DNA of 64,000 bases from the human T2T-CHM13v2.0 reference genome, Homo sapiens. The number at the start of each line of letters is the position of its first letter. The first letter of the stretch is position 1. A program made the translations under genes and the position numbers. The stretch lies in the NCBI RefSeq assembly GCF_009914755.1, contig NC_060947.1; one strand, written 5' to 3'. Below, piece by piece: positions 39,187-54,423 of this stretch. The notes below the pieces were generated by a model. It searched no databases, was not told the DNA's origin, and saw only the letters and a program-made list of their open reading frames with translations.

Positions 39187-41494
39187 GCAAACAGAAAGAT
39201 GCATTCTGAGTTTTTATTGAGTGATAGTCATTAAATTCTAAGAGTGAACTGAAAGCCAAAGGATAATTGAGCAACCAATGTTTGTTCTTCCTGAGGTTAA
39301 ATATTATAAAACTTTGTTTCCAAAATAAACGTGAAAAACACGGTAATTTGTTAAACAAGTGGCTATTTAGACATAGATTATTCTGCATTTAACACCTTCA
39401 GTTAAATTTATTAATACCATTTGTGTGTGTGTGTGTTTGTGTGTGTTCCTCTCAGGCAACTCTTGGCATACTAAGACTACTGTTAATAAAACAGGCGGTA
39501 GGATGAACATACTATAGGACCAAATTTTTTTTTTCCAGAAAATCTTATTCTACCATTTGAACTTTCAGATGACACCATGGATATTTAGGGGTTTAATGGA
39601 ACTAAATTATTTAACTGAGTTGGAATCTTTGATGCTTAAAACAAAATTAGAAATAAAATGTTAGTGATTAAATCAGAAAATCATATAGATTAGACTTTGT
39701 CAAAGCTTGTATTTCCCAAACATAATGATCTTCAGGGAAGTAAACCTCTAATTAATCACATACATATTTACTTTCCTATGGTTATGTTTTCGTGATCAAT
39801 TCATATGCTAAACAATATTGGCCAGTAATGGGATGTTCAGATTGATTTACTTACACTCAACTAATCAGAGTGATATTAAGATACTAACAAACAATATTTG
39901 AAATCTAAAATCACAACAGTGGGGACAGACTACAGACTGTAGTAGGTGATAGATACACACGGGTTTTCATTTTATTATTTTAATGAGGACTTATATTTTC
40001 TGCACTTGAAATTTAGCCATGGTTTGTTTCATGCTTATTGTGAATAAGTAGCTTTTTGTTATTTTAAGCTTAGATTACTTTAAAATTACTAGAAAATAAG
40101 ACTTCTTATGATAATTTGGTATAGTGGAAAAAACTGTTGAAATCAGGCATAGTATTACAGTTTTGCTATGTACCAGGACTTGTATTTGTTCATCTATAAA
40201 ACGGGAACATTTGATCAGGTGATTATTTATGTTTGTTATAAAACTTGTACAATTTTAAATGTAAATCAGCATTTTTCTCTTCTCTCAAGAACTGCTTTGT
40301 CATTATAATTTGCAACTCTTAATTTGCAAGTTACGTTTAAACAGATATTTCATGAGTATGTCCTATGTGTCAGGCAATATCTTATGTACATGGGAAATAT
40401 CAGAGACCAAAATACACATTTTCCCTGTCCTTTTGCTGAATGAATTACTATTGCCTACATAACAGTCCAAGAGAGTAGGGGTTATCATGAAAGCTCAAGG
40501 AACTTGTGCAGTTCCAGTATTCAAACTCTTCAGGTGCTAGTAATCTCCTGTAGATTGCCTTGCCATTTCCTTCCATCATCTCTATTCTACAGCTATCAGT
40601 GTTTGTCACCTCAGCCTAGAAAATTCCATTAACAGAAAAGGAAAAGTATCTGAACATTTATGGGGTGATAAATATCACTGTGATGGCTGCCTCGTGGCAT
40701 TGCTGTTGTCTGGACCATGCAGCTAGCTAGGATTGATCCATATTTTTAAAAACTTAACATTAATTTTACCCTCTTTAATACTACTCTGATTGAAGGGTGA
40801 ATTTAAAAATACAGTGAAAGGGCTATGTCGCTGTAGGAAGTTGCAATTAGCATTAATAATTTAAATTGTCAATTTTCATCATCAATCTTTTATCTCATTT
40901 GTTAATATTCTCAAATGGCTTTCCTCCTGTCATTTTAATTTAAAAATTTTTCTTTACCTTTTAAACAATTTGGAATACTTTTAAAATATATTCTTTTTTT
41001 CTGTAACTATAATTTGGAAACATGGTCACAGGGTAAGGGGACACAGGACAGTTTTCTTACCTGCAGCTGTCCCTTCAGTTAATCACCCCTGACCACATCC
41101 TCACTACTTCTGGAAGTTCTCCCATTCTTTCTCTGTGGGATCATTAAGAATTAGAATACCTAAGACATTCTTGAGTTCGTAATTCTCTTCAAGTAGATGG
41201 TATCTTTAAACATCTTAAATTGTGTCACGCACCACCCAGTATCTTTTGGAAGGGCTATGCATTCTAGTATCTATGGTTTGGAATATGTTATTATTTAATT
41301 CTGAGCAGGAAGAAAACTTAGATGAATCATTCTATTTAGGAAAGACCAATTCTACAACGCCACTGGCCTATCAAAAGGATCCCAGAAATGTCAAACCTCT
41401 GATACTCATTCAAGAAGAAGACATGGCAAAATTCTATGGTCAAACAGGGTGCTGCTTCTATATTAGCTTTCCTCTAGTTCAGGAGTTTGAATAT

Positions 41495-41810
41495 GTTCTG
41501 TGAATGGCCACATAGTAGTTGTTCTAGGCTTTGTGAGCCATGCAGTCTCTGTCACAATTACTCAACTCTGCTGTTTTAGCACAAAAGCAGCCAGAAAAAA
41601 TAAACAAATATAAATTGATACACTTCAATAGTCTTATGTACAGACACTGACATATGCATTTTTAATAATTTTTATGTGTCCTGAAGTATCTAGTTCTTCT
41701 TTTGATTTTTTCCAACCATTTACATAAAAACAATTTTCAGCCCATGGGCTGTACAAAAGAAGGTGGCTGAATGGATTAGGCCTACCAATTATAGTTTGCC
41801 CATCTCTGCT
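41495..41810 (+). mobile_element. MER58-family element
   Basis: ggctttgtgagccatgcagtctctgtcacaattactcaactctgc ... tagtttgcccatctctg. Confidence 0.7.
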
Positions 41811-42053
41811 CTCATTTATCTGACTAGTTAATTTGCCTTCCTCTTGGTGAGAGAGTCTCTTAGGCATTCTTCTCTATTAGGAAGCTCAAGAAGTTGGCTA
41901 GAATTGATATGGCCCCTATTAGGTCAGCTCTTTTCATGGTTCCCATGGTAACATTAATCCTCATATTGAGGATCCTGGACCCACATGACTTTGAAATCCT
42001 TAGGAGTGAATGACTATTACAAATGTAATCATGGTCACCCTATGAAAGCAATC

Positions 42054-42979
42054 AACATCCGTTATTTTCTGACTTTTTAACAAAAGCCATTCAGACTGGT
42101 GTGAGATGGTATCTTATTTAGGGTTTAATTGGCATCTCTCTGATGATTAGTGATATTGAAGATTTTTTAATATGCTCATTGGCCGCTTGTATGTCTTCTT
42201 TCGAGGAGTGTCTATTCACGTTCTTTGTCCTGTTTTTAATCTGTTTTTTTTTAATTTCTTGTTGACAAGTTTAAGTTCCTTATAGATTCTGGATATTATT
42301 CTTTTGTCAGATGCAAAGTTTGCAAATATTTTCTCCCATTCAGGAGGTTATCTGTTTACTGTGTTGATTGTTTCTTTTTCTGTACAGAAGCTTTAATTTA
42401 ATTAACTCTCATTTGTCAATTTTTGTTTTTGTTGCATTTGTCATTGAGGTCTTGGTCATAAATTCTTTGCCTAAGCCAGTGTCCAGAAGAACTTTTCCTA
42501 GGTTTTATTCTAGGATTTTTAGTAGTTTCAGGGCTTACATTTAAGACTTTAATCCATCTTGAGTTAATTTTTGTATATGGTGAAAGGTAGGGGTCCAGGT
42601 TCATTCCTCTATATATGGCTAGCCAGCTATCCTAGCAATATTTAATGAATAAGGTGTCCCTTCTCTGTTGCTTATTTTTGCCAACTTTGTCAAAAATCAG
42701 TTGGTTGTAGGTGTGCAGCTTTATTTCTGAGTTCTCTATTCTGTTCCATTGATCTAGGTGTCTATATCTGTAATAGTATTATGCTGTTTGCGTTACTACA
42801 GCTTTGTAGTATATTTTAAGTGGGGCAATGTAATGCCCTCAACTTTGTTCTTTTGGCTTAGGATTGCTTTAGCTGTTCAGGCCCTTTCTTGGTTCCATAT
42901 GAATTTTAGAATTGTTACACAATACACCCATGTAACAAACTTGCACATGTAACCCCTGAATCTAAAGTAATTTTAAAAA
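42054..42979. mobile_element. 5'-inverted (twin-primed) L1, old L1PA/L1PB type
   Basis: Antisense ORF2 3' segment ~42054-42912 (ORF 42416..42604 [18 protein letters not shown]), then a sense 3' terminus with A-tail; TSD gaaagcaatc / gaaagtaatc. Confidence 0.8.
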
Positions 42980-44092
42980 GAAAGTAATCGAGAAACAGAG
43001 AAAGGGATATGGAGCTTTTTGCACAGTTTTCTTGTTTACAAAAAGGGAAATAAGATCATTTTCAGAGGACCTTCAGTTCTGATGTTACCTCACCCAGTGA
43101 CTTACAGATCTGTCCTCTCTAATAACGATTCTCTCTGAATAGAAGTGTTCTTAAGGATAGAACAGCACTGCTGCCACACAAACTGACCATACACAGGCTA
43201 ACTTTTGGTTCCACTTTGATGAAAATTCTCAGTTCTCGGTTTGCGCTATTCATTCCCTTGACTCTGCTTTCACAAGGAAATCATTGATAAGAATCTGTCG
43301 ATCATGCTTCAATGTAGATAATAAAGAAAAAAAAAGCCACAGAAACATCCTCTTTAAAAACTGGAAAGACAATGTTCCTTATTCATCTCGCTGGAATTAA
43401 TCTGCTAGGTTCCTGTCCTGTTGCTCAATCAGCAGGAGAATCTTTGGCCAATGCTTAGGCAAACCGAATGAACAGTGGCCATGCTCTTTTGAAACCAATA
43501 ATACTCACGAAGTGGGTGTTCCTTAATTACTAAGCTTTATCTTACAGAACCTGGCTAGTGGAGTTTCCAAAAGGAAAAATCCCAAGCATTTGCTTTTGTA
43601 TGTTTTCTTATGTTCTTATATGTTATTTTAGACACACAGAAAGTATACCAAATGTAATCATTACTTCTGTATGCATAACTCATCTTAAGGAATGAAATAT
43701 TACAAGTATCATTTAAGTGTCCTGTTCATATCCCACCCAATTCTTTTGTCTTTCCTCACAGAGATAGCTCTTGTTCTGTATTCAGTTTATATTAATTCCC
43801 AAACATCTTTCTGCTTTTACTATATATTATATATAACTAAATAATGTATATTTCTACATATTTTATCCTTTGTGTAAATGGTAACACACTGCAACATTTA
43901 AGGTGTTTCCAATTTTACTATATTTCTCAAGAAGCTTGATTTTTATAACATCTCTTTCATCGTTTTAGGCAACCTTCCCCTTCCTTTTTAAAGGGCACAG
44001 CATTAGAAAACAAATGGTGAATTGCCCCCTAAGCCTATGCCAAGTTTATAAAGAACATAACTGATCTTTTGGCCAGTGTAAGAAACTCTTCT

Positions 44093-44408
<316 letters not shown>

Positions 44409-45849
44409 CTATTTGGTTTCCCTACAAGTTGGAATAATTCATCTCAATGCTAGTAGTACCTCTCTGAAGGTGCATGGGGCTGACTTAAGTATTGCTCACA
44501 CAATGATGGTTGTCTCATTTTATTAATTCTGTGTATTTTATGGTAGGCCTAAATGATAGTTGTGATGGGACCTTATTGAGAATTTTGGTGGTACTGGAAA
44601 ACTGCTTGCACATGGACTATGGCCCTATAAATAGGCGATGAAATACTATTAAATTAATTAAATAACATAATCTAGTAAGAAATGAAGGAACAGCAAGAAT
44701 GCCTGGCTGCTTTGGTGGTCACCAACATAGTTTATATTATAGACAATGCATCATCTGGGGCCTGCCCACAGCCACGGTAAGGAGGTGAAATGAGTATAGA
44801 GAATCCAATTTTTTTTTTTTCTCATAAAAACTTAAGTGTTAGATCATTGTGGAAGGGCTTGATTTGATATGACAGGGATTTTTGATAAACAGCATTGGTG
44901 ACATGAATACAGTAAGCCAGACCAGATTGCTTTTGATTTTAATGTTAGATTCATTTTTCTCAGCTTCGTAATGTAAGAAAAACTGAATTGAACTTTAAAT
45001 ATGCTTATACTTTTCTAATTTAGGATAGGAAATTTCCTCGATTATATAACACGGCTAGTTAAAAACCAAAACCCTAAAACTTTTGTGTCACATGAAGACT
45101 TTATGAAATATATATTACTATAGATTAGTAAAATCTGTATTGTTTTTAAGGTGACTTCTGATTCTCCAATTGGAGCAATACTTCCAAATTCTTTGCTAAT
45201 TTTGATCTTGAAAAGTGAATTCTAGTTTTCTCATATCACAGGAAAAACTAGTACATTTAGACTCAGTATTATCATTAACCAGTATATTAATTTTCATCAC
45301 ACTCAGTACTTGATACTTCATGCCCCCTATAAAACATTCTCACTTCACCTTTTAAATGCCATCATCAAGTAAGAGAGTACTACTGAGCTTTATTTTCAAT
45401 AGCTTTTACAGCTAAAGTAATAGCCCAACTGTGTTTTCAAATAAATACATTCACTGAGAGATTGATACAGGTTCCTAGAGAAGTCAACATATTTTGAGTT
45501 GTCGATGGTGAGTTTTCTTTCTTCAATTATGCTTGGCACGAAAAGGCTCAATAGCCAATTTCTCTGTGACTGGTTCAAACCCAAAACTCTATGTTAGCAA
45601 AAATTTTTAGCTATTGAAGCCTTCTAGTACTATGACACACACATGAATATGAAGCCCTGCTTTCCAATTAGATATAGGGCCAAGTATAGAAATGTGTTCT
45701 CAGTTAGAAACAATCTGGCTTCTTTCCAGGAAAAAGATACAGAAAATTTTTTTCTGTATTCAGAGAAAATAAATAACCTTCAAATCTCTGATGTCTAATT
45801 CTACTTAAAAGCTCAGTTGCAGGAAAGCATATTCACAGAAGGTTACATG

Positions 45850-45950
45850 ATGTGACAATTACGTATTGCATGCCTGTATAAAAATGTCTCCTATAATTCA
45901 TAAATATATACACCCAGTATGTATCCATACAAAATTAAAAATTAATAAAA
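45850..45950 (+). mobile_element. L1MA 3' end fragment
   Basis: ttgcatgcctgtat...aaatatatacacc...tatgtatccatacaaaattaaaaatt. Confidence 0.6.
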
Positions 45951-48603
45951 TAGAGAATCTGAAAATCTGAAAACAATTGCTAGACTACTTTAGACTTCTG
46001 CTCCAATATTTTTTCCTCTCATAGAATTGCTTTTCCTGAATGGCCCTTTAGCACTAAATTTTTCTTTTTCATGGAGCCATGTTGGTAGAAAAAAATAAAC
46101 ATTCTTATTGTTTATTATAAGAATATGAATCAGCGTGTTATCACCTTTATGACCCTCCCATTTATTTTCTTCTGGCACTAAGTTCTAGCAAAAAGCTAAC
46201 ATACTACTAGTAAAGTTAAAATTATTTTAATTATTATTTTAATAATTTGGAAACTTTGGGTCTCAAAAATATGTTTACTTCTTGGTTTTGTCTTTTAGGA
46301 AGCTTGGCGCCAATTTGTGGCTTTAAAATGTTCCCTGTCCATTCCACCACCCATGATACATTGTGGATATATTTCTATGCAAGAATTTTTTATTATTTAT
46401 CTACTATAATTTTCCTTTTCCTAGTTTTCCAATTTATTTAGGCTTCTCAAGTTGTGCCATATGTATCTCTTCAAGCCACACTAAATAATTTTTCTGGAAT
46501 TTAATATATATTAAATATAATTAAGATACTTTAAGATAAAACTGATACTATTTAACTATAGTCAATGTACTTGAAATTATGCTTTGTTTGGATAAACTAA
46601 AGGTCAAAAAATCACTTCATGAGTAATTGACATTTTTATGTATTTGAATATTTGAAACTAGATGTTCAAATACTTTCATACGAAAATAAATATAATGTTC
46701 TTGGGTCAACAGAACTGGGAGAAATTCAGCAGATATAAATTAAATTGTCTAAAAATTTTTTAAAATAATAAAAAAGAAATTGACTCTAGATATTCAAATT
46801 TTCTGCAGTCACATTCCAAATACTTGGAATGATCGGCAACTACATTTAATGTATTGCATTTAAATGAATTTAATTTAGTTTTTAAAAATGTGACATTTAT
46901 CTTTTGAAACAGCAGATGAAACTTATAGCTTGAATTAAGCTCTCCACCTACCAAGAAACCATGAGAAATGAGAATGTACTCAATAGTCACGGGGTTTCAT
47001 ATATGAGAGTTTGAATTTTATGTTAAAATATTAGAATGATTATCATAAATGTGACTGGCTTAGATCTGCAGGGCATATATTCTTTTATGATTGTTATTTT
47101 TAAAGAAATAATGAGAACCTTCCAAATAAATTGGTAAAAAAAAAAAAAGTTCTGTAATTCAGATGCAAATGAATATACTTTATTTGACAACTAAGAGATT
47201 TTAGAGTATGTCATTAACAGCTTAGTGTTTGAAAAGATCTAGATAGAGTGATAAATTATCTTTATTCTATAAAGAAAGAAAATAAATGCCAGTTTTCTAA
47301 GCTTTTTTTTTTTCCTACTAGATCTCACAGTAGCTTTGCTCCTTGACGTTATGAAAAATACTTTCCAGGCAGATTCAACAAGCAGACAATTCTCCAGACT
47401 ATTCAAGCCTTCTATATGAGAAGGATAACCTAGAAACCTCTGCAAAGGTCATTACCTTATAACATTTGAATGATTTCATGGTGAGGCTAATGCAAAAATA
47501 CCTCAAGTAATATGTTTGAATGATAAGAAAAATTAAGGCTAATGTGAGTTTTAACCTGTATATACTGTATCTTCCTTGCTATAGTAATCTCATGTATGAT
47601 CCTGAATAACTATAATTCAATATCTTATCTAACATTACATTTATTCTGAAAGAGAAGAAAAACAATTTAATTCCCTACTATTTATTTGGAAATATTTTAT
47701 GTAACAAAATATATTACTACTTGTTCTCTGAATCTACATAAAGACAGTTTTCAGTTTGGGTCTCATTTATACGATTGTAAGTTTTTACATAAGGTATTGA
47801 AAATTTCCCAACTTTGAATAATCTGGATAGCCACATTGAATTAAAAATAAAGTATAAACGTCTTATACATCTAGTTAATTTGGTAACTTTAAAACATCAA
47901 GTGGGTGTAAATGGCCTAACACAGTGGCAAATTTTGAGGTAAAACATGTTATCAATATCAGCTATTTTCTTTATATCAACACACTTTCAGGTAATCTGGT
48001 AATGAATAAACAGTAAAAAAAAAAATACTAAGCTATGAGTCTCTTGACTAAGTTCTAAGCAGCATGAAATGATTGGCCATCAGAGAAAGGGCAAGAATTT
48101 AACGGCTAATGATTACAGGAGTCGCTGTGTCATTTGGTGATGGAAATGATAGCCCCTGCATAGACACCTTGAGATTCTTTCTGAAATGCGACTTTGGCAA
48201 TATGCTAATCTTGCAAGTCCTGTCCAGCCCAACTGTCTTCAATCTCTGTGTCCTTGCCCTCTTCATGGCTGTGGGATTCATCTGGGCAGTATGGTCTTAG
48301 GCAAGCCAGTACATTATAGGATCTCATCTCTGGACCAATTTTCAGACTAATGACCTATGTATTTCTTAAGGTCTTATTCATAATTTACTGAACTCTAAGG
48401 AAGCTTTTGGAGAGACTCCTGCTAAAGCTTACCATTGGTTTTATCATGGTCCTGAAAAGCACAGATTAATTTTTAAGAAAGGGAATATGAAACAATATTA
48501 ATATTTATAATGCTATTATTGCTACATGTTAATACTTCCTTACAAAATCATATTATGTGTTTTCACGTATGTTCAAAATAACCTTCAGTGATATAGGTTT
48601 TAC

Positions 48604-48774
48604 CTTTCCCCAGGCAACTTCAGAATCCAAATTACTAGGCATTCCTTCAACTGCTGATCTCTTTGTCAATTCCATATCTGTAGCTGCCAGCCATTCTGTC
48701 AAGACATTCATTTCCTTTCGCATCTTACGGGACAATTTCAAGCATTTCTCCAACTGTTGCTTTCTTTCTGTTAC
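48604..48774 (-). CDS. DMD: Dystrophin exon 34 (171 nt; VTERKQQLEKCLKLSRKMRKEM...EVAWGK)
   Basis: ORF 48553..48753; tttcag|GTAACA and GGAAAG|gtaaaa. Confidence 0.98.
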
Positions 48775-51229
48775 CTGAAAAGAATTATAATGAAATGTAA
48801 TTTAGTTTACTCTTTAATTCAAATTTCGTTATAACCACTTATTTGGAACTTTTATATTTCTGTTATTTAAAATAACTATTTTCTTACACGTTTTAAAATA
48901 ATATTTTATAAAAATCATATATTCTGAATATTAAGAGTGAATAAAAACTGTCTAGGGCAGATGACATCGTTTGTCCAAAAGATAGGGTCTTGTATGTCGT
49001 CATGGTAGAAAAGAAACCTATACGAATTTTTCTCTAAGATAATTTATAGCCAAAGTTTATGATAAATACAATGATATAAGTCAAACTGAAGATAAAACTC
49101 ATTTCTCACTGAAAACTTACTGTCATGTGTCAATAATATGGCAAGAAGGTTTACAATCCTCTATATACAAGTGAGACTAGCTCATGCTGGTAAGGAATCA
49201 AAATGAAGATAGAAGATTAATTCTCTCAAAAGGTAAAAGTATTTGTGTAATACCTAGAATTCTCAACTGTATCCTCGTTACATCTTTAAAGTGTCTCACA
49301 TCTGCTCAAAAACAATACAGTGAATAGGTCACTTCCTCCTTAAACATAATTTTGCCATCCAATAGGGACAAAAAGATGAATGTGAAGACAATATTCATTC
49401 CCATTAATAGAAAAACTAATTACTTGATCCTGTGCTCCTGTTCTCAGTGTTTGATACCAACACCCTCAAAAGCAAATTATCCATATTCTCACATAAGAAA
49501 TGAACAAATCTGTATTTCTCCACCACCTTCTCAGATGTGCCTATATTTTGTTAAGATTTTCAGTTGGTTGGTTTAATAAAAATCCCAGCATCTCTTTCTA
49601 CTAAAGGCAGCCAAATCATCAACAAAAGCCAGATAAATTACAATTTCTTAAAGGCAAATCTTCTTGCCTCACACATCTTTAGATTACTCCTCTCTACTCC
49701 TGAAAGTTCCTTGAACAAAGAAAGGTCTCACTAAATATGCTTTATGTATTGAATAAAGGAATGAATGAAGACTTGCAAATCGTTAATTACAAGTTAGAAA
49801 ATATAACTGGTAGAATTTACATAAAGAGTTTATACTCTTACAAGTTGCTCCTGGTTTTCTTTTCTTTGGTATGTGTTTTCACCTTTTTTTAAAAAAAACC
49901 CTTGTCTGTCATGAAGCCTGGGAATCTGAACAATAGATATAAATATTTGGCTCTGCAGAAACAGCATGATGGAATGTAAGTATGTTAGGCTCTGCGATAC
50001 GTAGTGGACTCTCGACTTGAGTATGATTTTTGGCAGAACACCTCATTTTTCTCAACACATCTGTCAAATGGGATTACTATACTTATTAATAGAACACAGG
50101 AATATTGCGAGGGTAAAGGCAGACAACAGTTTGAGAGAGCATGACATATTGTAGCACCTCAATCCCTTCCTTTATTCTCATTATTTACCTTTAGGGATGG
50201 TTCAATAAAAAACTGTGCCTGAATGTATAGAGCAAAAGCTTTATTTACATTTATTTTACTACCTTACAGGTAAATAAAACATGGACAAGATTTGGCTTTT
50301 GTTGCTAAGAAATCTGAAAGGTAGACTCCAGATTAATTTCAATTGTAATGGAATTGGTTAAAACAATACCACCACCACAAGTGCGTTATTTGTGCATTAT
50401 GCCCTAAGCCCAATAGGCACCACTGACTGATACATATATTTATGTCATATATATGTGTGTGTGTCTATGTGTATGTGTGTGTACAACCAAAATAAGAATC
50501 TATCTATAAGCAAGAAAAACACAAAAGATGAAAATATGTATAAAGCATCTAAAATGCTACAATCGAAATAAATATTCTGGAACCTTGATAACAATTCCAA
50601 TTCCAAATAATAAAATTCCTTATTTTCTTTAGGAGAGGTGTGCGTACATTTAGAAAACATTTAGTTGCTGAGGCTGTAAATTCATTTTTTAAACAGATTT
50701 TCCCTTCTATTTTTTTTTTCCTAAGTAAAAGCATCTGCCCTTTTGACTGCAAGAATTTTGTGTTGTAGGGGTGTGTGGGGGGTGAGGGAAAATATACTTT
50801 ATGGTGTGTTTCTATGCATATTTTTCCTATGCATTATTGGTAGAAAAATGATTCCAGATTCAATATTTCAAAGAAATTCTATCTTCCCAGAGCTAATGCA
50901 GTATTGATTTTTATTTATTTCATTTTGTTTATTTCCAGCTAAATACATTTTTAAAAAACAGGAGACACTGCCATCTTAAGGAAAATTGAGTTTTATACTT
51001 TGTGTGTGTATGCGAGGAATGGATACGTTTAACACAATGCCACCTGCAGTAAAATGTTTTAGTAGTCATTGTTTCACGAAGTTAACAATGTATTTAAGGG
51101 ATGATATTAGTATTGCTATTTATGTAAATTTCCATAAAAATCAGAGCATAGAGAAATAAAAAGGGGTTATAGGTATTATTACATCAATGGTGCCAGCTTT
51201 AATATCTCTTAATAAATTAATTATATTTT

Positions 51230-51400
51230 CTCTCCCCACTCATCACCATGTAAGAATACAGCAAAAAGGTAAGACAAGAAGAAAGCTCTCCTCAGGAATG
51301 AAATGGATCAGCACCTTGATCTTGCACTCCCAGACTCCACACTTGCAGAAATCAATTTACCTAGTTTATTTTATTGTGTTATGGCAGCCAGAGCTGATTA
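51230..51400 (+). mobile_element. MaLR LTR (MLT1/MST) fragment
   Basis: gcaccttgatcttgcactcccagactcca...gttatggcagccagagctga. Confidence 0.65.
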
Positions 51401-53004
51401 CTCCAAAAAGGTAATGCATACTCAATTGTGGCAGACACAACCATATAAATTCTGAAGATGGTTAAAATAGAAGGGTTCCTTCTTACATAAAAAGAATAAT
51501 GTAATAACATTTCCTTTGTTGCCTTTGCTTTCATTAGACAAAGCTACTGCTGTTGAAAATATTTTGAGTCAAAATCCAGACAATATTTTTATTCTCAGGC
51601 AAAGAATATAGGACTTACAGCATTTTTATAAGATGGTATTTATACATGATCCCTTAGTCACAAATGTTTCTACATCAATATTTACTTCAAAAATAAATGT
51701 TTGGCCTATGTTTTTGCTGTATTCTGTGATACTATTACAGTTAAATATGATTTCTTCATACACTTTTATTTTGCTTTAAGGATATTACTATGTGGCAAAT
51801 GGTTAGAATAAACACAAGCTCTCAGATATGTATTTTCAGGAATAAATAGGGTTTGACATCATTACGAGAATCATTCATTTCTGAATAATAATCAACTCAG
51901 GGCACTATTATTCGTCTAATGTCACTTTCATTGCTTTAAATTCTAATTGATTTATTCTGTTATTTTATGTTAAATTTACTCTTGCAATGATTTCGTAAAA
52001 ATTCCTATGACAAATAAAAAGCCCACACACAAAAAACCTCTATTTTAAAAAGTAAACTGAGAAACTCCCCTTTACCAAAACATATATTTTCTTAATTTAA
52101 AAAATACTCATCCATACATTATTTTAGTATAAAGTCACACAGGTCAAATTATAAACTGAAAATTTGTAATTTATAACTATAACATACATTCATTTTATTA
52201 ATTTAAAATTTATAATTACAAAAACAATATATCTCCAGAACTGAAGCTGTAGCATTAGGATTAATATTAGAGATTATTCAATCTCTAATACATTTGAGAC
52301 TAGAGATTACTCAGTCCTTCATAATTGATGTTAAATATGAAATAATTGGCATCTATAAAAATTGATAAGCACCGGAATAAGGTATCAAGTGCAGATACAA
52401 GTTTTCTGTCTGTGGTGATCTTTAAACAATGATAAATTTCTCTAGAGGATATAAAGGTATCTCATTCCAAAGGTACCTTGGTAGACCAAATGAACAGTTG
52501 AAATGTATTTTATTTCAAGATTATCATAATGCTTTCCCATCAATTGAGTATCAGTGTTTCTTATTTTGAAACAAAGTAGGAGAATCTTTTGTCATAGGAT
52601 GGCAACAAACTTGTTTAAAACATAACAAATATTAATTAGAGGGTTTTTAAAATATAAAAACAAGACTATCTAAGAAAAATGATTACTTCCAGATTTCAAC
52701 TTAATTATAAAATTTACTTTCTATGGTAAGGAATTGGCAACTAATATCTTGAAGATATAACCTTCAATCTACTTTCAGGCTGAGATGCAAGAAATATGCC
52801 TCTCCTTAGCTATTTCTCAAACATGGACATTCATATTTCTGTCTAAGATGAGGTGACAATTTTATCAGTGATGTTGTTCTATTCACTAAAGTTGAGAACC
52901 TGAGTTGTAAAAATATAACTTTTTATCCTCCAAGAAATTCAGTTCTTTCAGTCAGAACGAAATTAAAATGTTAGAAGTCCATTTTTGGAAATACTAAGAT
53001 ATCC

Positions 53005-53700
53005 GTTTATGGAAAGATATCCCATATTCATGGATTGGAATAAATAATATTGTTAAGATGTCTGTACCACTCAAAGCAATTTACAGACTTAATGCAATCC
53101 CTATTAAAATTCCAGTGACATTTTTGGCAGATGTAGAAGAAAGAATCCCAAATTTCATTTTGAACAACAAAAGACCCAGAATAGCCAAAGCAATCTTAAG
53201 CCAAAAGAACGAAGCTGGAGGTATCATAATTACCTGATTCAAAAATATTCTATAATGCTCTAGTAATTAAAAGAGCAGGATGGTAGTATAAAAACAGACA
53301 TATAGACCAAAGGAACAGAATAGAGAGCCCAATAATAAATCCACATATTTATGATCAACTGATCAACCAAGGGGCCGAGAATACACAATGAAAAAAGGAC
53401 ATTCTCTTCAATAAATGGTTCTGAGAAATTGGATATCCAAATGCATGAAAATGCAATTGGACACTTATCTCACAGCATATAAAAAACCAGTTCAAAATGG
53501 ACTCAAGACTTAAAACCTGAACCTATAAAATGATTTGAAGAAAACAGGAAAAAGCTTCCTGACATTGTTCTGGGCAAACATTTTTTTTGGATCTGACTCC
53601 CAAAGCACAGGCAACAAGAGGAAAACTAGACGACTGTTATCGCATCAACCTAAAAAGCTTCTGCTCAGCAAAACAAACAATCAACAGAGTGAAGAGACTA
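53005..53700 (+). mobile_element. L1M ORF2 fragment
   Basis: atggaaagatatcccatattcatggattggaataaataatattgttaagatgtc...ctcttcaataaatgg. Confidence 0.85.
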
Positions 53701-54219
53701 CTTACTATCATAATTTTAAACCATCAAAGCTCTAAATCTATACAGAATATTTGAGTTGAGCGAAGTGAGATGGAGAGATATAGGCATCTTGAATTAGCAG
53801 TGAAGTGGAGCTGGTCATGAGACTCTGATCAGGACAATGATACAAAAATAATTACAGAGCCGTAGGTCTTAACTGGCTATCCATGCTATCTTATTAGCCA
53901 AGTGTGGTAGATTTTGCAAGTCTTGGCCATATAGGGAAATAATTACTGTGTAATTTTTAAACTTAATGTGGTCTCTGTGGAATATGTTAACAACATTAGA
54001 CCTACATATAAATAGATACAGTTTATAATATTTACCAGTCTTCAAGTCATCACAAGTAGATATATATAATGAAAATAAGGAACACTTACAACTAAGAAAC
54101 CCTTTTAGAGCTATCTGATGGACCAGGAAAAACCTCCCTGAGCGTTACGTATTTTTCAATCTGAATAAGCAGAGCCTCACTGATTAATTATTGTTTCTTA
54201 ATGAGAATTCCACATCGAA

Positions 54220-54316
54220 ATATGTGTATATGTTTATCTTTGTGTATATGTGTACATATATATATATACGTATATGTGTGTATATATATACGTATACATA
54301 TACATAGAGAGAGAGA
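54220..54316. repeat. (TA/TG/GA) compound microsatellite ~110 nt downstream of the exon 33 donor
   Basis: Direct reading. Confidence 0.85.
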
Positions 54317-54423
54317 GGTGTTTAGAATTGCTAAGACTCTAATCATACATAATTTATTGCCCGTTGCTTTACAATTTATAAGGAAAGTGGAAAGAAGTGT
54401 TTGTGGTCTCAGCATGCACACAC

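Noticed and set aside
42416-42604. ORF with L1 ORF2 similarity
   Set aside because: Decayed L1 fragment, not a gene.
48768-48777. AG|GTAACAG at the start of exon 34 as a recursive splice site
   Set aside because: Weak donor match, explained by the Val-Thr codons.
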